64,000 nucleotides of DNA from assembly GCA_903813345.2 (NCBI GenBank), contig CAIIXF020000001.1, positions 40,672,001-40,736,000 on the forward strand, given 5' to 3'. The notes under the pieces are model-generated. The model worked only from the letters and a program-made list of their open reading frames with translations, ran no database searches and was not told the origin of the DNA. Positions within the stretch are counted from its first letter, which is position 1, and every line of letters starts with the position of its first letter. Source of the DNA: Owenia fusiformis (taxonomy: Eukaryota). Below are positions 14,062 to 28,454 of this stretch, piece by piece. A program made the position numbers and the translations under genes.

Positions 14062-14415
14062 CACATGCGGATCCAGGATATTGTGCTAGAGGGGACGCTA
14101 ATATATTCCAAAAATGTGCGAGAATGAATGACGCCCGGGAATGATGAGCATACGCTATTGGGGAGGGGGAGGGGTGTGCACCCGAAAAATTTTGAAAATA
14201 GAGTGCAATAATAGGGGCAATCTGAGCATTTTCCCACAATTAAAATGAAAATATGAAACGCTTCATGAAAAAGGCTTCTTTTTGAGACAAGTTTTAATTT
14301 ATTTTCTGGATAAATTTTATGAGAGATTCTAACTATAACAGGCATTTTATCTGATTTTTTAAGAAAGATTTTTTTTTGAAATATTTTAGAGTACCACCTC
14401 CTAGATCGGCTAGTG
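14062..14415. mobile_element. MITE with short GC-rich TIRs and 5-bp TSD ATAAG
   Basis: Termini CACATGCGGATCCAGG ... CCTAGATCGGCTAGTG, with ATAAG at 14057-14061 and 14416-14420. Confidence 0.7.
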
Positions 14416-17264
14416 ATAAGAGAAGAAAATAAGAGTCAGTTCATAATGATACCCACATACCCTTTGTCTTAGACTTTCAAGAGGAGGTCTGGTAACTAGA
14501 ATGAAGTCTCTTGTTAGGTTCCCTAACTCAGATGCCCTTCCAAAAGTATTTAGAAACATTGCAAAGGGAAATTCCTGAAACACTTTCTTACTTTTGAGCC
14601 AGAAAATACCAAATCAACTGTGAATGTGACATTTAAGCTTTCTTCCCACTTTATTTATGTTACATTAAAACCACGGTCACCATGCATTGCAGCATTGCTA
14701 GAGATAAGATTGCAATATAAGTGTACAATATCTCTTCATTGAGACTGTTTGTGAGCTTCATGATCAGTTAATGGTATTAAACACCTCATAAAATATATGT
14801 TACCTTATTACATTGCCTGTTTGATATTGAAAGATGAAACATTTATTGAATATAGATATGAAGTTTATGTGCATGCATCAGTGATCTCTGACTTCAACAA
14901 CATTTTGCTCCTCATATAAAGCTGACAATGTTGCCATGGTTTTTTCATTACTTTATTAACACTCTTGTTCTGTTTATGAGCTTATCTCATTGAAGAAGTT
15001 TATGAGCTTATCTCATCTAAGAAGTTCTGTCTACCCCATTATCATGTTTTCTAGTATTATGATAGCCCAATGAGTTGATCTAATAAAGCTAGAAGAAATC
15101 ATTTTTCTCATAATACATATTACTTTAAATTGGTACGTTCTTTCTGCTATTCCCTTACAAATTATATTTATGATGAAGGACATGATATTCCGGGATAACT
15201 CAGGATTGCTGGCAAGGACTGCATTTGTACTATCTTCTAATTTACTGGATAATGGTTTGACCCACCCTTTGAAAGAGCCTATATAGATATCCCTCAGTTT
15301 TTGTAGCATGATTTCAATGATATTTCGTAGTAATTTTCTTATAGAACATCTCAAATGCTTGATTGAGTTGTCCATCAAATATATGAGTGATTTGTGAGAT
15401 TAACTCTAAGGATCCTTTAGTTTTTATTAAATGCTTTTGGCAAAATCCAAATCCTTTTTAGCTCAATTCCTACATTAGATGCCTGAATAGCCAAATCCCT
15501 ATTTTGTCTGCAATAACATTAAAAAATAGTTCAATAGATTGACCCTTACATGGCCCACTTTAGTAAATCTGGATGGCTCTTCCATCTTATGCATAGGCCA
15601 TAAAGAGTAGTAGGTTTTAGACCATACAGAGTACTAGGTTTTTTCATAGATCGTTTTTGCATAGACCATTTAGTGTACCATGTTATTGCACAGACCATAA
15701 TATAGTACTAGGTTTCTCAGTGCAATGATCACATTCAGTGATTAAGCGATCTGTACCTCAGCCAAGGGAAATCTATTCATGAACTAAGCATATTATGATG
15801 TGTAAAAGAAGATGACGCTTAATCTTACTTTCCGACCAATCTGCTATTCTTGATAATGTCACTTGTTGGAAATGAGTTAAGAGGGTGTTTTAAAATACAA
15901 TATGTTGTAGGTGGTGTGTAGGAGAGGTGTGAAACCTTTTGTTGGTTTTGCCTTACTACTGTTACAAAGTCTACTGATTATTACCTAGTTAGATTTGACA
16001 TTTTTATTATTAGATATTGTAGGAAAATCCTTTAGTTTTGAAAAAGTATCATTTATATAGAGGAGTGGATCTTCCAGAGTGAGGTTAGAGAAACCATAGG
16101 ATTGTCTGTATATCCTTTGGTAAATTATTACTCAGTGAACATTGAACAATCAGATGAAAAAGCTGGAAATATTGAAAAATTGCTATGCAGAATCAAGGGC
16201 TTTCAAGCTCTTGAAAGCCCATGGCAGAATTAATGAAAAAAAAATTGAAAAAACCTAAACCATCGAATATTGCTTTTGAAACCAACGAATATCACTTTTA
16301 AGGAGTTATATTTTATGGTTTGGGGCTTTTTTAGCTAAAATATGATATCTTGATCCACATATCAAATATATCTTCATGTTATAATCTATCTATATCCTTG
16401 CAAACAGATATCCATGAGTGGATTAAAATCATACCACGGGTAAGTTAATTAATTAATTATAGGATATTCTCTTTATTCCAAAGTTCAAGTGATCTTGTCA
16501 TGTTCCTCACCTCAGATTATTCAAACGAGATAAATAACAATGTACTTTTATTAAAATAGCAGAATGGTAACAGGCAATGTTTTACAACATGAATTCATGA
16601 GTGATCAGACAAAGCGAAATTGTTAACAGTAGTTATGGTTGGACAATGACATCAGAAGAACTATGTCTACAATTAAGTTAGAAACTTCCTTACCTACTTA
16701 AAGACATAGACATGAAATCCAGCAGTTATCTAATCTAAATCTGAAAACCCCCATTAAGAAGATTACCTTAAATAGACAAGACAAGAAAAAGTCACAATTC
16801 TCATAGAACTCCTCAGGAAAATATCAATCATGAATGTCCTGTTCCCTTGTCAATACACGGAGCTGTGATTTTGATAATTATGCTTCATTTTAGAGTATCC
16901 CCTGTAGATCCATCCGAAAAGGACACAAATGTTGTAGATAATACAAATGACATTCTGGCAATTCGATTATAAAATCTCAGTCTATAGATTTTCTTCAGCT
17001 TCGCTTACTGATTATTCCTTTGGCACTTTTGTGTCAGAGATTAGATACTACAAGTGATGTATAAGTGGGTTGATTAATAAGGTCATGTGTTCATTGCATT
17101 ATGAGATTAATAAAAATTCATTTGGAGAGGCTTGTATAGTGACAATTAATATGTCTTGGAGGTATTTACATTGTTTTGTTTTGGACCTTGTATGTCATTC
17201 AGACTCCAACTCCTCATGGTCAATATACATAAGCAAAGACAAACCAAAGGGTCTCATAATGTTA

Positions 17265-18449
17265 CAGGGTTCGTACACACCTGGAAATGTCAGGGAAATT
17301 GATTTATTTTTCCAGGTGCTGGAAATGTCAGGGAATTTCAAAATTGGGTCAAAAAGGGCCAAAAATGTCAGGGAATTTTGAAACAGTAGATGTGTCAGGG
17401 AAATGTCAGGGAACTTTGTATCATTGTTGAAAAAATAATGTTCCAGCAAAATACATTTTAAGGCTATGATAGGATATCAATGAAATCCAAATTCGAGCAT
17501 TTAGTTGTTTCCACAAATTGCAAATCTTCATTAGGGTTGATTGAATGACATTAAATCTGGTTTTGTCTATTTGTAAGAATGGTGTGAACATTATACTGAA
17601 ACCGAACAATAAAGAATTTGTAAGATGGTACAGTTATGCTTTTCCATGTACATGTAATAAGTTAGTGGTATATGTTTCATGGTTTGTTGAGGGGTTAATC
17701 TGAGGAGGGTGGGAGGTGAAAAACAAAACAATCAGGGAACTCTTTACAGTTTAAAATTGTATTTATATTAAGGAGCTGTCTGTTCGACAATCCGGTCGTA
17801 TTCAGTCTATTTATCTAACTCAAATATCAGTTGACAGATTTGGTTAAAATTTTATATATCAATGCTTTTGTTGCTGCCTCTGCTCAAGAAGACACTTGCC
17901 ACTTTTCATATAATGTTCACAATGATAGTATTCGATAAATATGTTTCATTAGGTAGGAATTGCCCCTCAAAGGAGTTGCTATTTTTCGTTAGATCAACAT
18001 TTTCAAGTTTCAGTTTTTATTTGAATTCATTACAAAACATTAACAAATTATAGTTTGAAATGCTTAGAATGCACCATATACAATTGTCAATTTTTAAAAA
18101 TTTCCGGGGGTTGACCCCCGTAACCCCCTATGGGTTTCCTTCACTCGCAGTGATGCAACCCCCCCAAAATGCGCCCCCTTGACACTTGCTGACTATGCCC
18201 CTGAACATGTATGTTTACCTTCGTAAATATGTAAAATTAAGAATATAATGTATCAGTATTAATGCTAATAAATTGGTGAATAAGACGGCCTGTAGAACTG
18301 TAGAAGTAAAGTTGAGTCATGAGAAATGGTACTAAATGACAAACTCAAAATATTTCATAGAGCCGCGCAAGGAAAACTAGATCTGGAAATTTCATTTTAT
18401 GCCTGGAAATATCAGGGAAATTCATTTTGAAAAAGGTGTACAAACCCTG
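17265..18449. mobile_element. Non-autonomous hAT-like DNA transposon, 5-bp TSD TGTTA, with nested repeat fragments
   Basis: TIRs CAGGGTTCGTACAC / GTGTACAAACCCTG, subterminal GTCAGGGAA repeats, and TGTTA at 17260-17264 and 18450-18454. Confidence 0.8.
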
Positions 18450-18472
18450 TGTTAAGTTTGGATGATCTTTGA

Positions 18473-18695
18473 CATAGGCTTAGCCAGGGGGTGCAATGGG
18501 TGCACCCCCCCCCCCCCACCATAACCAATAAAAATAATACCATGAGAAAGAAGGAAGTTGCATAAATTTTTGTAAAATTCAAAATAAATCTTATTTTTTG
18601 CTTATTTATGCCACAATCGCACCCTCCCCCCTGACTGGAATCAGAATATTTTTTGGAAATTGCACCCCCCTGACTGAAAGCTGGCTACGCCCCTG
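18473..18695. mobile_element. MITE (CAGGGGCGTAGCCAG family), 5-bp TSD TTTGA
   Basis: Termini CATAGGCTTAGCCAG ... CTGGCTACGCCCCTG, with TTTGA at 18468-18472 and 18696-18700. A related left end lies at ~11070. Confidence 0.8.
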
Positions 18696-20839
18696 TTTGA
18701 GTTATTCTTTTATTCACACCTTTATCTGAAGCAGCTATCCCCTCATGTAATTAGGGATAACAACTTATGTTTTCTTAAATTGCACTTCATAAAACTTAAC
18801 ATTGATTTCCTATGTAGCTTGAATCGCTTGATCTGTAGTCAGAAAATCAATCTTTTGAACAAACCAGTCTGACTAATAAATAGCTTTTAACCTCCTACTA
18901 CCACTGGAAGAAATAACATAGTGGTTAGTACGTATACTGTAATTACTATGACAACAGGCATAATACCACAATCAGTAAGATTAGAACAAACAATGGGACT
19001 GTAAAGACATGTGAATTATTTTTACTCCTCTGAAAAGAATATGGGCTTGAAATTGGGGAATAGACAAGTGAAGTACAGTAAAGTGGGATGGGGCCTGATA
19101 GTTGAGTCAATTCCCACTTTCGTTATATATGTCGATAGGCATACACTGCTGTTCTAGTGCAATCTTTGGTCTGTTAAATGGTCAGTATAAAACACAAAGC
19201 TTTTGTGTAAACACATGTAATCTTGATATATTACTATTGCTTTTGCCATTACTTCTATGAGGAATCATTGAGCCTTAATGACATGGACATCCATATGTTC
19301 ATTGCATGTGACTGAAGAATAAATAAAAAGTTAATGTAACTTAAAAGGGATAAGGTGTGATGAAACTGGATTGAGATGTCATGAAATTCTTCTAATTAAG
19401 ATTCCCCTTTCAGTTGTCACTTTCTACTCTTCCGAACCTGGTTATGAGAACCCAGATTAATGAACCTTTGACGTTAAAGCAGAGCTCAGCTTGTCCTTTT
19501 AAAACTGCTTTGTTCTTACAACAGATTCATATGAAAACCATATAGAACTCAAAACGAATATTGTTTTTACATTATTTGTCAAAATATCCTACATTTCTTG
19601 TTCAAAGTTCAAAAGGTCAGGAGGGTGGGAAAAGTTTCAATTGATATTTTCAAAAATAAGACTGCTTTTATCTGATTTTTCAGGCAATACTAATACGGTA
19701 AGTCCTATACTGTCTTAGATGTTTCTTTCTCTTGCTATGTTTTGCAATACACAGTGGTCATTCCCCTTTTGACACCCATACATACATACACATAATATTC
19801 TTCTACAAAGGGTTCTTGTAATATTCCACTGCAAAGAAATCATGTAATATTCTACTTTAGAGTTTTCTTTTAATATCTATATAATAGTTGATTGATAGAC
19901 CCTAACATCAATGTCTTATAGGATTGTGAAGATGATAATTCCTGATATAAAAGTTGTATATTGTGCTCTGCAAAGTGTTTTATCTTCGTTCATTGATCAA
20001 GATTGCAGATGATAAATTCTCATATCGAAGTAGCACGAGACACGCCATAGTTTATGGCTACACCAGAGTTGTCTTTGTTTTAATAGTTATACTGTTGTAG
20101 CTACAATAACTACTACTTAGATGGAGAAGTTAGACACCTTTTTAGGCCATAGTTTATGTTCGATAATTATTTTTTGGGTTAGTGGTTGTTACTTTTGTCC
20201 TTTTCTTTAGACTGGTTTGTTGCTCTTAGACGTTTCATTTCCTTGTTTTTTTGTAATGCTCTTTTGACGTTCCCTTTTTATTAGCACTTGTGTGTACATA
20301 TTTTTACATTGTAATTCTTGTCAGCAAGATCACCAGATCATCAGTATAATGACAGGAAAATGTGGGCATCATCCTAAGAAAACACGTTGATGGATTTCTT
20401 CTTTGTTCAGTTGTAAGATTGTAATTTTAAAGCTTATTACCATGATGCAAGGAGGTAAAATATTACCCTTATTTGAAATGTGGGATGTTATTCAAATTTT
20501 TCTTTCATTTGACAAATAAAATTTAAATATTTCACAAATGAAATCAGTAAAAGGACATTTAATTTGTGCAAGGAATACACGTTTTTACTGTTTTATTATT
20601 CATCACCCCACTGAACAAAGTTAAGGAGGGGAAGTGTTTAGAAAAACTGTTCATCTGTCTGTTTGTCTGTTGGTTGGTTCATTCCTATCTTCTGTCTGGA
20701 TGATAACTCAAGGCTAATGTCTCATGGGCATAGGGCCTCTTCAAAATCAAAGTTTCTCTGGGGTGTTTTATTTAGTTTATATACAACTCTCATATTTAAA
20801 AGATCAACATGTACACATTTTTTCTTGTGTGCTACCGAG

Positions 20840-21400
20840 ACCTTTGTGTTTGTGTCTTCGCCAATGAAATGCGATTCTGGGTTCATTCCTGGATTCTAGG
20901 TCCATTTGATATCAACTGGATGTCGATTCTCAATGAAAAGTATATTTCATGTATAATTCATGGAAATTATGCATAGAACCCAGCTGTCTTAGCTTCAAAG
21001 TGGCAATGATATATATGCATTCAGAATAAGATCCCTCAAGTCTCTTCAGACACACAAATTTGATTACAATTACTGCTGAGAAAACTTTCTCACAGTCTGA
21101 ATAAGTGCTGCGAAAGGTCTCTTGAAATTGAAATTTCTCAACGAGCCCATTTGTCTTACTGTTTTTGAACTATTGTCAGTAAAGAAAATTTGGTTTGGAC
21201 ATTTAGATTTCGAATCCAATCTTCCTATTTGCAATGTTATCTTCATTATGGATGTCTTTATTCTGGCTATCAAGTTAATATATCGGGCAGTTCTCTGAAA
21301 TGAGCCATTTATCCAAGATACAAAGATCAGCACTGAATGTACCTACTTAGATATCCATTCAGAAAGTGTGGGATCACCTCACCATGATTGAAGTATGAAA
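20840..21400 (-). mobile_element. Decayed L1/Tx1-like endonuclease remnant
   Basis: The minus strand around 20860-20920 resembles the APE 'DIWR..NP....FTWR' motif, but it is interrupted and weak. Confidence 0.25.
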
Positions 21401-24367
21401 TAAACATCACTTTTATTTAAAAATTATTTCTATCGCCCTTTATCCTATGGATAATGAATTAATGCAATAATTCTACCACGATTTTATTTGAGTGTTCATT
21501 ACATATATCATAGCAACCATATATCATATGCTCATCTCACAAATGAGCAATGGTTGAATGGTTCAAATCCATATTTATTGGTTTGAGTTTTGATTGCATC
21601 GTGTAAGATGCAATATGCATATAATCAAGCAATAATCAAGCACTCTCAGTATTAAAGTGATGGACAAATTCTAAAGAAAGAAACTCAGAATAACTGTTCT
21701 GAAAATTCTAGATTCCTGTAGATTGATGGTTCAAGTATTGTTGGTTTACATAGACACAAAAGTGACTGATCAGGAAACACATGTAAGGTTTAAGTTATGA
21801 TTTATCTTGATTAAACAGGAAGTATATCTACTTATTGTTGTAATATGACAGAAACTGTATGCCCACATATATTAGTAGACCTTCATGAGTCAATTTAATT
21901 GTCCTGGTTGACATTATACATCTTTATCATTGATTTACCTTGATATGTTTTATTACTAACACCTAGACTACCCTGAGATCCATCAGCTTATGACATACCA
22001 TATTATCTTCTGAATGCTTCAGATCAAATTTTATAGTTTTGATGCTGCTTATATTTTAATGAGTTCAAAGGCATTCGGCATCAGTGATTGGTTATGTAAA
22101 AAAAATTGTTACACTTCTTTAACCATTTGGAGGTGAAGATATTTTGGCATGTTGTTATGCTATCTACTGTGAAGTGGAAGTCAAACTCTTAAAAAAGTAA
22201 CTTTCACCTGGAATTTGGCTAGGCCTTAACTATTCTATTAATTTATGATCATACCTAACTGGTCCAGATTCCAGAGAAATGTATTTAAGGAATGAAGAAT
22301 CATGTAACATTCTATATTGGAAATATAAAGGCATTCGTGTATGTACTAACCCATTCTGATAATGCACTCAGGCTTCGCCTTCGTGCATCATTAATATAGA
22401 ATGATTCTTTATTCCTTAATTTTGTCACCAACACAAGTGATGACATTGTCATAGTCTCTAACTTTTTTGTGGTGTTTGGTGGTTGATTTTTGGTGTTTGA
22501 TACCTGTAATAAATGGTCGGTGGTGATATTTTGCATGATAATACCTTGTATGTTAGATTGAGATATTCATAAATCACGTAGATGTGACCCTTCATCCAAT
22601 TTAAGAAAAATCATTTGAACTGATATTCTTATGTTGATTTTTCTGTTATAAAATTCTTGGATGAAAATTGATCTTTGATCCATGTTTCCTTGGAATGATG
22701 AAGCGTAATAGACTGACATTACGGGGATCAGACACAGCAGATATGAATTTACAGGAAATTAATTGGTTCTTCAAATTCCAGGAATAAAGATGACTGAATA
22801 ACTTGAAAATAACTCTGTTACTTTTATTCGATAGCTCGATTACCCTCATAGTTTTTATGACAGCTTGATCAAACAATAAAATTATCAATCCAAAAAGTAT
22901 TTCTCAGATGTGTGACTCTTATCAAAAATCTAGTTCTATATATTGGGTTATACTGCATTGTACAACTACTGTTTTTAAATAATTTTTTTTTCTGAACCTA
23001 ATTTCCCTTTATGTGTAATTGTTCCCACTTTCATGAATATTTTCTCATACTTTTTCATATATCTTATTGTTCATTAGTCCATATAAATTCAAATAATTTA
23101 CAAACTTATCTCGACTTGTGTAATGTATTTTCAAAGAAGTGCAATGAGGGCTTCAAGTTCCATTAGTTTCTCTCATGCTCAGTTTTACTCATTGTAACAT
23201 CGCTGTTTTGATTTTTGGCAATACTCTAGATGCGAGTAGAAATAATCTTGATTTGCGTCGTGAAAAGTTCGGAATTCAGTCAAACTGATGTCATAATTGG
23301 AATCTACATGTAACATTTCATCTAGAAATGTGGTTTCGAAAAGAGTTTATCAACTTTGAAAATTTAATTTTTTGTCTTGGACAGTTTCAAGAATTTAACT
23401 TCACTTTTAACCTGAACACAGTTAATATATACTTAATCGAATAAGTTAGAAGAGAATTCCTGAATGTGATAATAAGATTTGAATAGCACTTATATCTGGG
23501 GAAATAATGGTATTGAATATCTATACTTGAGTATTGTTGTAATAATGCTTTTTATTGATGGATACATTGTGCTATGCTCACTAGGCAGTAGGCAAGTCCA
23601 TAAGTGAATGCTATTTTCCTTATTGATTTTTATAAACAAATGGTCTTAAATTTACATTGAAAATTAGTACCTTTGGTATGAATTAATGGTGCTAATGTAA
23701 CTTTGTGGAAACATGGAAGCTGCAATATTTAACAAATCTGAATAACTGTGTAACTGCTAAGAAAAACCTAAATCAATATTCCAAAAATCACTGCATGAGG
23801 CATATGATCAGCTTTACACTCTTGGTGTTCACTACATGTTAATGTGTTTATGTAATCTATCTTACCTCACTTATGTCAAAATGATTATTAAAGTTGATTA
23901 ATTATTTAAGTTTTTTTTTTATTTTATAATAATATTTTTTACTATGCAGTTACACTTTGGAACGTGTATCCAACTCCATTCTGACAAGTTCATTTAGACA
24001 TTTCATTGATCTCAGCTGATCCTTGTTTGATCCAGTGGATTCAGATCACCTGACAGTGACTTTCCGATCAGATCAAAGTATCAGACCATAATGTCAATTA
24101 AAAAACACCTTTTAATAAAGCCTATGCATATTTCATATTATATCACTTTGATGTGTCTCATCAGAAAGTGTTGACATATTATTAGCCACCATATGTTTTT
24201 GATTGTCATTCTGCATCAGCATTCAATGTTAAATTGTTACATAAATTGTCATACTTTTGTAAGTGAAGCCAGGTGGTGATATTTTGTCATGTTAATACCA
24301 GAATATCAGATCATTTTAAGTGATGTGATTTTGATATTCCTCGTAAAAATATAAAATTTTGGAATAT

Positions 24368-24594
24368 CAGGGCTCTCACTAGGCTTTTAGACTGTGGCGC
24401 AGCACCACAGTCTATTTAGCTCCCACCACACTCTATTGGCAAATATTGATTGTTCCCACAGTCTAAACTTGACTGAATACACACTAATAGCATGTAAAAG
24501 GATAAAATATAACATAAATATGATTTATCATGATTGAATGGTTATGCTTAAGATGTGTCCACCACACCCTAAATATTTTCTAATGAGATCCCTG
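24368..24594. mobile_element. MITE with CAGGG termini, 5-bp TSD AATAT
   Basis: Termini CAGGGCTCTCACTAG ... CTAATGAGATCCCTG, with AATAT at 24363-24367 and 24595-24599. Confidence 0.75.
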
Positions 24595-25569
24595 AATATA
24601 TACCCATGTTGATATCCATATCATCCCTCTAATGATGATATCACCCTTATCCCAAATATGTGATTTATCACTTGCTTTTATATATCTCATATTGCTCTGA
24701 CAATGGTGTAAGTGTTGATATCTATGAGTTGATAAAATGATATCATAAGAAATGTGATTTTGGATTTATCCTGTGAGTTACAATCCCAAATTTTTTAAAA
24801 ATGTTAAAAATCAAGATTTGTTTAACATTCGAATATGGGCTGAAAAACGAATTTCTAAAAAATATTGCATGGATCTTAATGATATTAGAAAAATATTACT
24901 GGCTGTTATTGATAATGCAATAATCTTGGGATGAAATATTATTGGTACAAGCATTCATGTAGCCTTGCCCAAGTTGGTATTTTTTACTGACTTGGGCAAG
25001 GCTAGCATTCATGTGGATTGTTGACTTATGAATATCTTAATTTATATTAAAGACATTAGATTTATTTAATGTTAGTGAAGTTGAGAATGGCTTAAGTTTA
25101 GTATTTACATGCAATGTGATACACAGGTAGGAGGTTTTCACTTTATATTAATATTAAAGTGATATCATGTTGAATTGCTTCTTGCTATAATAATCTACAA
25201 GAATCTGTCTACGTAATTAAATGTTATGAGACAGTTGTATTCAAAATATATGTTCTCACGTGAGCATTAAAATGGCATTTATGAGATTTTTACCTTCAAT
25301 GATTTTATGAAGAATTCTTACAGTTGTATTATCTGTATGTGAAGAGACTCTTATACAGAAGTAGAAAATTAATTTTAAATTCAACTCCTACTTGTGTTTT
25401 GAGCTTTATCAGTTTAGAATTATGATTACCCATTCTTTGATACAACCCAGCATTTCTTTTAACCTGCGTGCTGAGTCTAGTTCAGCTACACTCTGCCTAG
25501 TCGATACCATATTAGTTTAGTAGCCCCGTCCCCACGGCGGGTACCGTTGACAGTTTGGGTAGTAAATCA

Positions 25570-25755
25570 CTTCTGACCTACGCGCTGACCTTTCTTCCAC
25601 CAATCAGCGAGCTTGAAGAAACACGCCAAATGCGTTCTAATTAAATATGCGCATGTCATTGGTCAATTCCGGGCTCAACGATGACGTCAGAAGGAATGAC
25701 CATATATAGAACGTCAGTCAAATTTGGCCGACGAACACTGATTGGCACGGTGAGT
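25570..25755 (+). promoter_or_regulatory. Pol II promoter and short first exon, probably of the G-gamma locus
   Basis: CpG-enriched island in AT-rich DNA. It carries two TGACCT half-sites (25574, 25586), CCAAT (25600), NRF1-like TGCGCATG (25648), ATTGG (25658, 25741), a perfect CRE TGACGTCA (25682-25689), TATA-like TATATAGA (25703) and Inr-like TCAGT (25714), then a donor CACG|GTGAGT at 25750. Confidence 0.65.
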
Positions 25756-27920
25756 TCACAGGTTTATTTTAGAGTGAAGACGAAGCTCACTTTTAAGAAG
25801 TGAAGTCAAACGAATGCAAAGGGTACATTTCTTTGGTACTTGATTTGACGTAGTGAGGAGCGTTGGTGAAGTAACAAATTGAAAAATATATCAGAATATA
25901 CAGAAAATGCAGGTACACACAAGTATTTGTATATATGCACAGAATATGTGACACCGCACATTATTTTATTATGCCAAGGTCTTATTTTGTACAAAATCTG
26001 GAAGCTAACATTCTTACCTATCTGGCCCTAAAGTTATGTGGCATCAACGTGGCAGCAGAGGATATGGAGTATAAACTGATAAAAGTTATCTTTTCAGTTA
26101 ACTTATTGATGTGTCTCTTATTTAAAACAGATATTATTTGAAGATTCTAGGTGCAGAAATGTCCAAATTCATAAAAATTTGACACATTCTTTTTTTTCAG
26201 TACCTTGACCATTGAAGACATTTTTTATGAAACATAGTCAAAATTCTTGGATATTTTAAAATAGGTGTGAAAAGAAAGCAAGGAAAGGCAATATTTTTTT
26301 TTAAAAATAATCCAATGTGCTTTTCCTCGAGCCATCTTCCCTGCTAAATTCTTCAGTGGCCTTCTAACTGCTAATATTATAGTGTTCATAATAAACCAGC
26401 TGAGAGAGATCATGATGTATTAGCAATAAATCCAAGCAATGATCATGCAGTGATACCACTGCTTATCAATTTACATTTGTTTACCTTATATACCAACACA
26501 TTACCTATCACATTACCTATCTAGATTTATTCATATAACTTTGAAAAATATGTCAAGCTGTAGCTTAAAGTAAGATAAAACCTATATGAGGAAAATGGTC
26601 CAATTTGATTCAAATCATTTTAATCAGTTTGTTGAAGGCCCAATTTTGCTGTTCTTTGTAAAATATTTAAGAAGGTCAAAGTCCATTTAAGTCATTATTG
26701 TACCATCTTGCAGCTATTAATTTTGTTGATTTCCATTTTGTTAAATCAGTAATTTCAGGTCGGGTCAAAAGAAAACAGAAAAATGAATTTAGTACTAGGA
26801 CTGAAACGACTGGATGAATACAGGGCATATTATAAGACTGTTTAAGCCTGCATTGCTGTATATGATACTTTGATAAAGGAAAACTGATAGAAACTTGGCA
26901 TTAAATCTTTAGAGAAGAACTATAAATTATTTTTTGTTCATAAGTTATATGTATACAAGAAATACGCCAGCTAGAAGTTTGAAATTATTGCTGGGAATAT
27001 AAAGCATTTTTTGATAATTTACAATATTTGTGAGTGTTCTGACCCGACCTGAAACTTGAGCCTTCCGACCCGATATTCAAGTTGACTTCGGGTTGGTCAG
27101 TATGACACCTCTAAAATTGACAAATTGTGCATGGGCCAGTCATGATATAGGTATATGTCATTTTAACTTTCCAAATCATTGAACTAATTTCCCATGTTTC
27201 GGCAAATTTGAACCAAGGGACTTACGGGACTTACTCATTTGCAGAGCAGTGTTCATTTTGATATTATTAGTATGACGTTTTTCCTTTCTAATACACCTAT
27301 CAGTATATCACATGAGAATCACGACTGATTACTAAGAACATAAATGTATATTCCTGCCACACCTCTTGTTTGTTATTGTGTATTTGTTTAATAACATGTA
27401 TCATTAATTTAAGGTAAGCCAGGTAGAATGAGTAATTTGACTCCAGCTTGGTCCTTTGACAAGAACAGGCCTGCATACTTTCTCCAATGCTTCATTACTT
27501 ATTAGCTGCCATTTTAAAGTGTATATTGTAATGTTTTAATGAATTAAACTGATAAACTAAACTCCATATGCATACTGGTTTATTCTACTGGTGCCACCTT
27601 AACAATGTATTGTTACACTTTACCTAGAAAGAGTGCTTATAGTCTGAGCAACTGTTATCATACCAGATACAAACATCATAACTTTGAGACACACCTATCA
27701 CCTTGGGTACCCTAGAAAGGAACTAACTGAAAGCTATGATTTCTCATGGTACCATTTCACGAGTTCTAAACTAAATTCTACATAAAATTGATTTTGTATA
27801 CTGTTAATCCAATCCACCTTTGTTAATGAATCCTTTTGAGAAGTGTGGATTTTAGGATTCATGCAGAATTGACCTTTTCATTTTTTATTAATATTATCTA
27901 TTCTCATATAAAGGTCTGAG

Positions 27921-28064
27921 CAGGCCCGTAGCCAGGGGGCCAAACCTGGCCAAAAAAATGTTTCAAAATCATGCAGTTTTCACCATTCTGAGCACTTTTT
28001 TTTACCAAAATTGTTACAAGTGAACCCCCTTGGAATTTTTTGGCAAATCCTGGCTACGGGCTTG
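27921..28064. mobile_element. MITE in G-gamma intron, 5-bp TSD CTGAG
   Basis: Termini CAGGCCCGTAGCCAGG ... CCTGGCTACGGGCTTG, with CTGAG at 27916-27920 and 28065-28069. Confidence 0.8.
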
Positions 28065-28400
28065 CTGAGCCTTGTTTTGTGGCAAATAAAAATCTCACAC
28101 CTACCACATTAGGATTAATCACTTTGTCAAGAGAATCTTGCAGGAATTGATCTTAAATTCTTTTGGCACTGTTTGTATTTAATAAACTTAATGTGATCTT
28201 ATTAAAAATAATGCTCTTTTGGGACTGAGCATAAAAGATATTATACACATTAGGGACCTGTCATGATACTTTGTGTGTGTTAGATAGCTAGACTTTAGTC
28301 TAGATAGGGACTAATATCATATTAGAAATTATAATCTTTAGGGACTGATCATACTGAACATATACTTTAGGGGCTCATCATACTGCTTTGTGTGTTTCAG

Positions 28401-28454
28401 ATAGCTGGAGAAACAGGTTGGCCTGGAGAGTTGCGAAGAACAAAACTGTAAAAG
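28401..28454 (+). other. Non-coding 5'UTR exon (54 nt) of G-gamma gene
   Basis: Acceptor TTTGTGTGTTTCAG ends at 28400 and donor AAAG|GTAAGA starts at 28455. It contains no ATG and lies 0.8 kb upstream of the coding-exon acceptor at 29250. Confidence 0.65.

Noticed and set aside
15031..15378. 115-aa minus-strand ORF
   Set aside because: Non-ATG start. At most a decayed LINE endonuclease fragment (IYIGSF-like), too weak to call as a gene.
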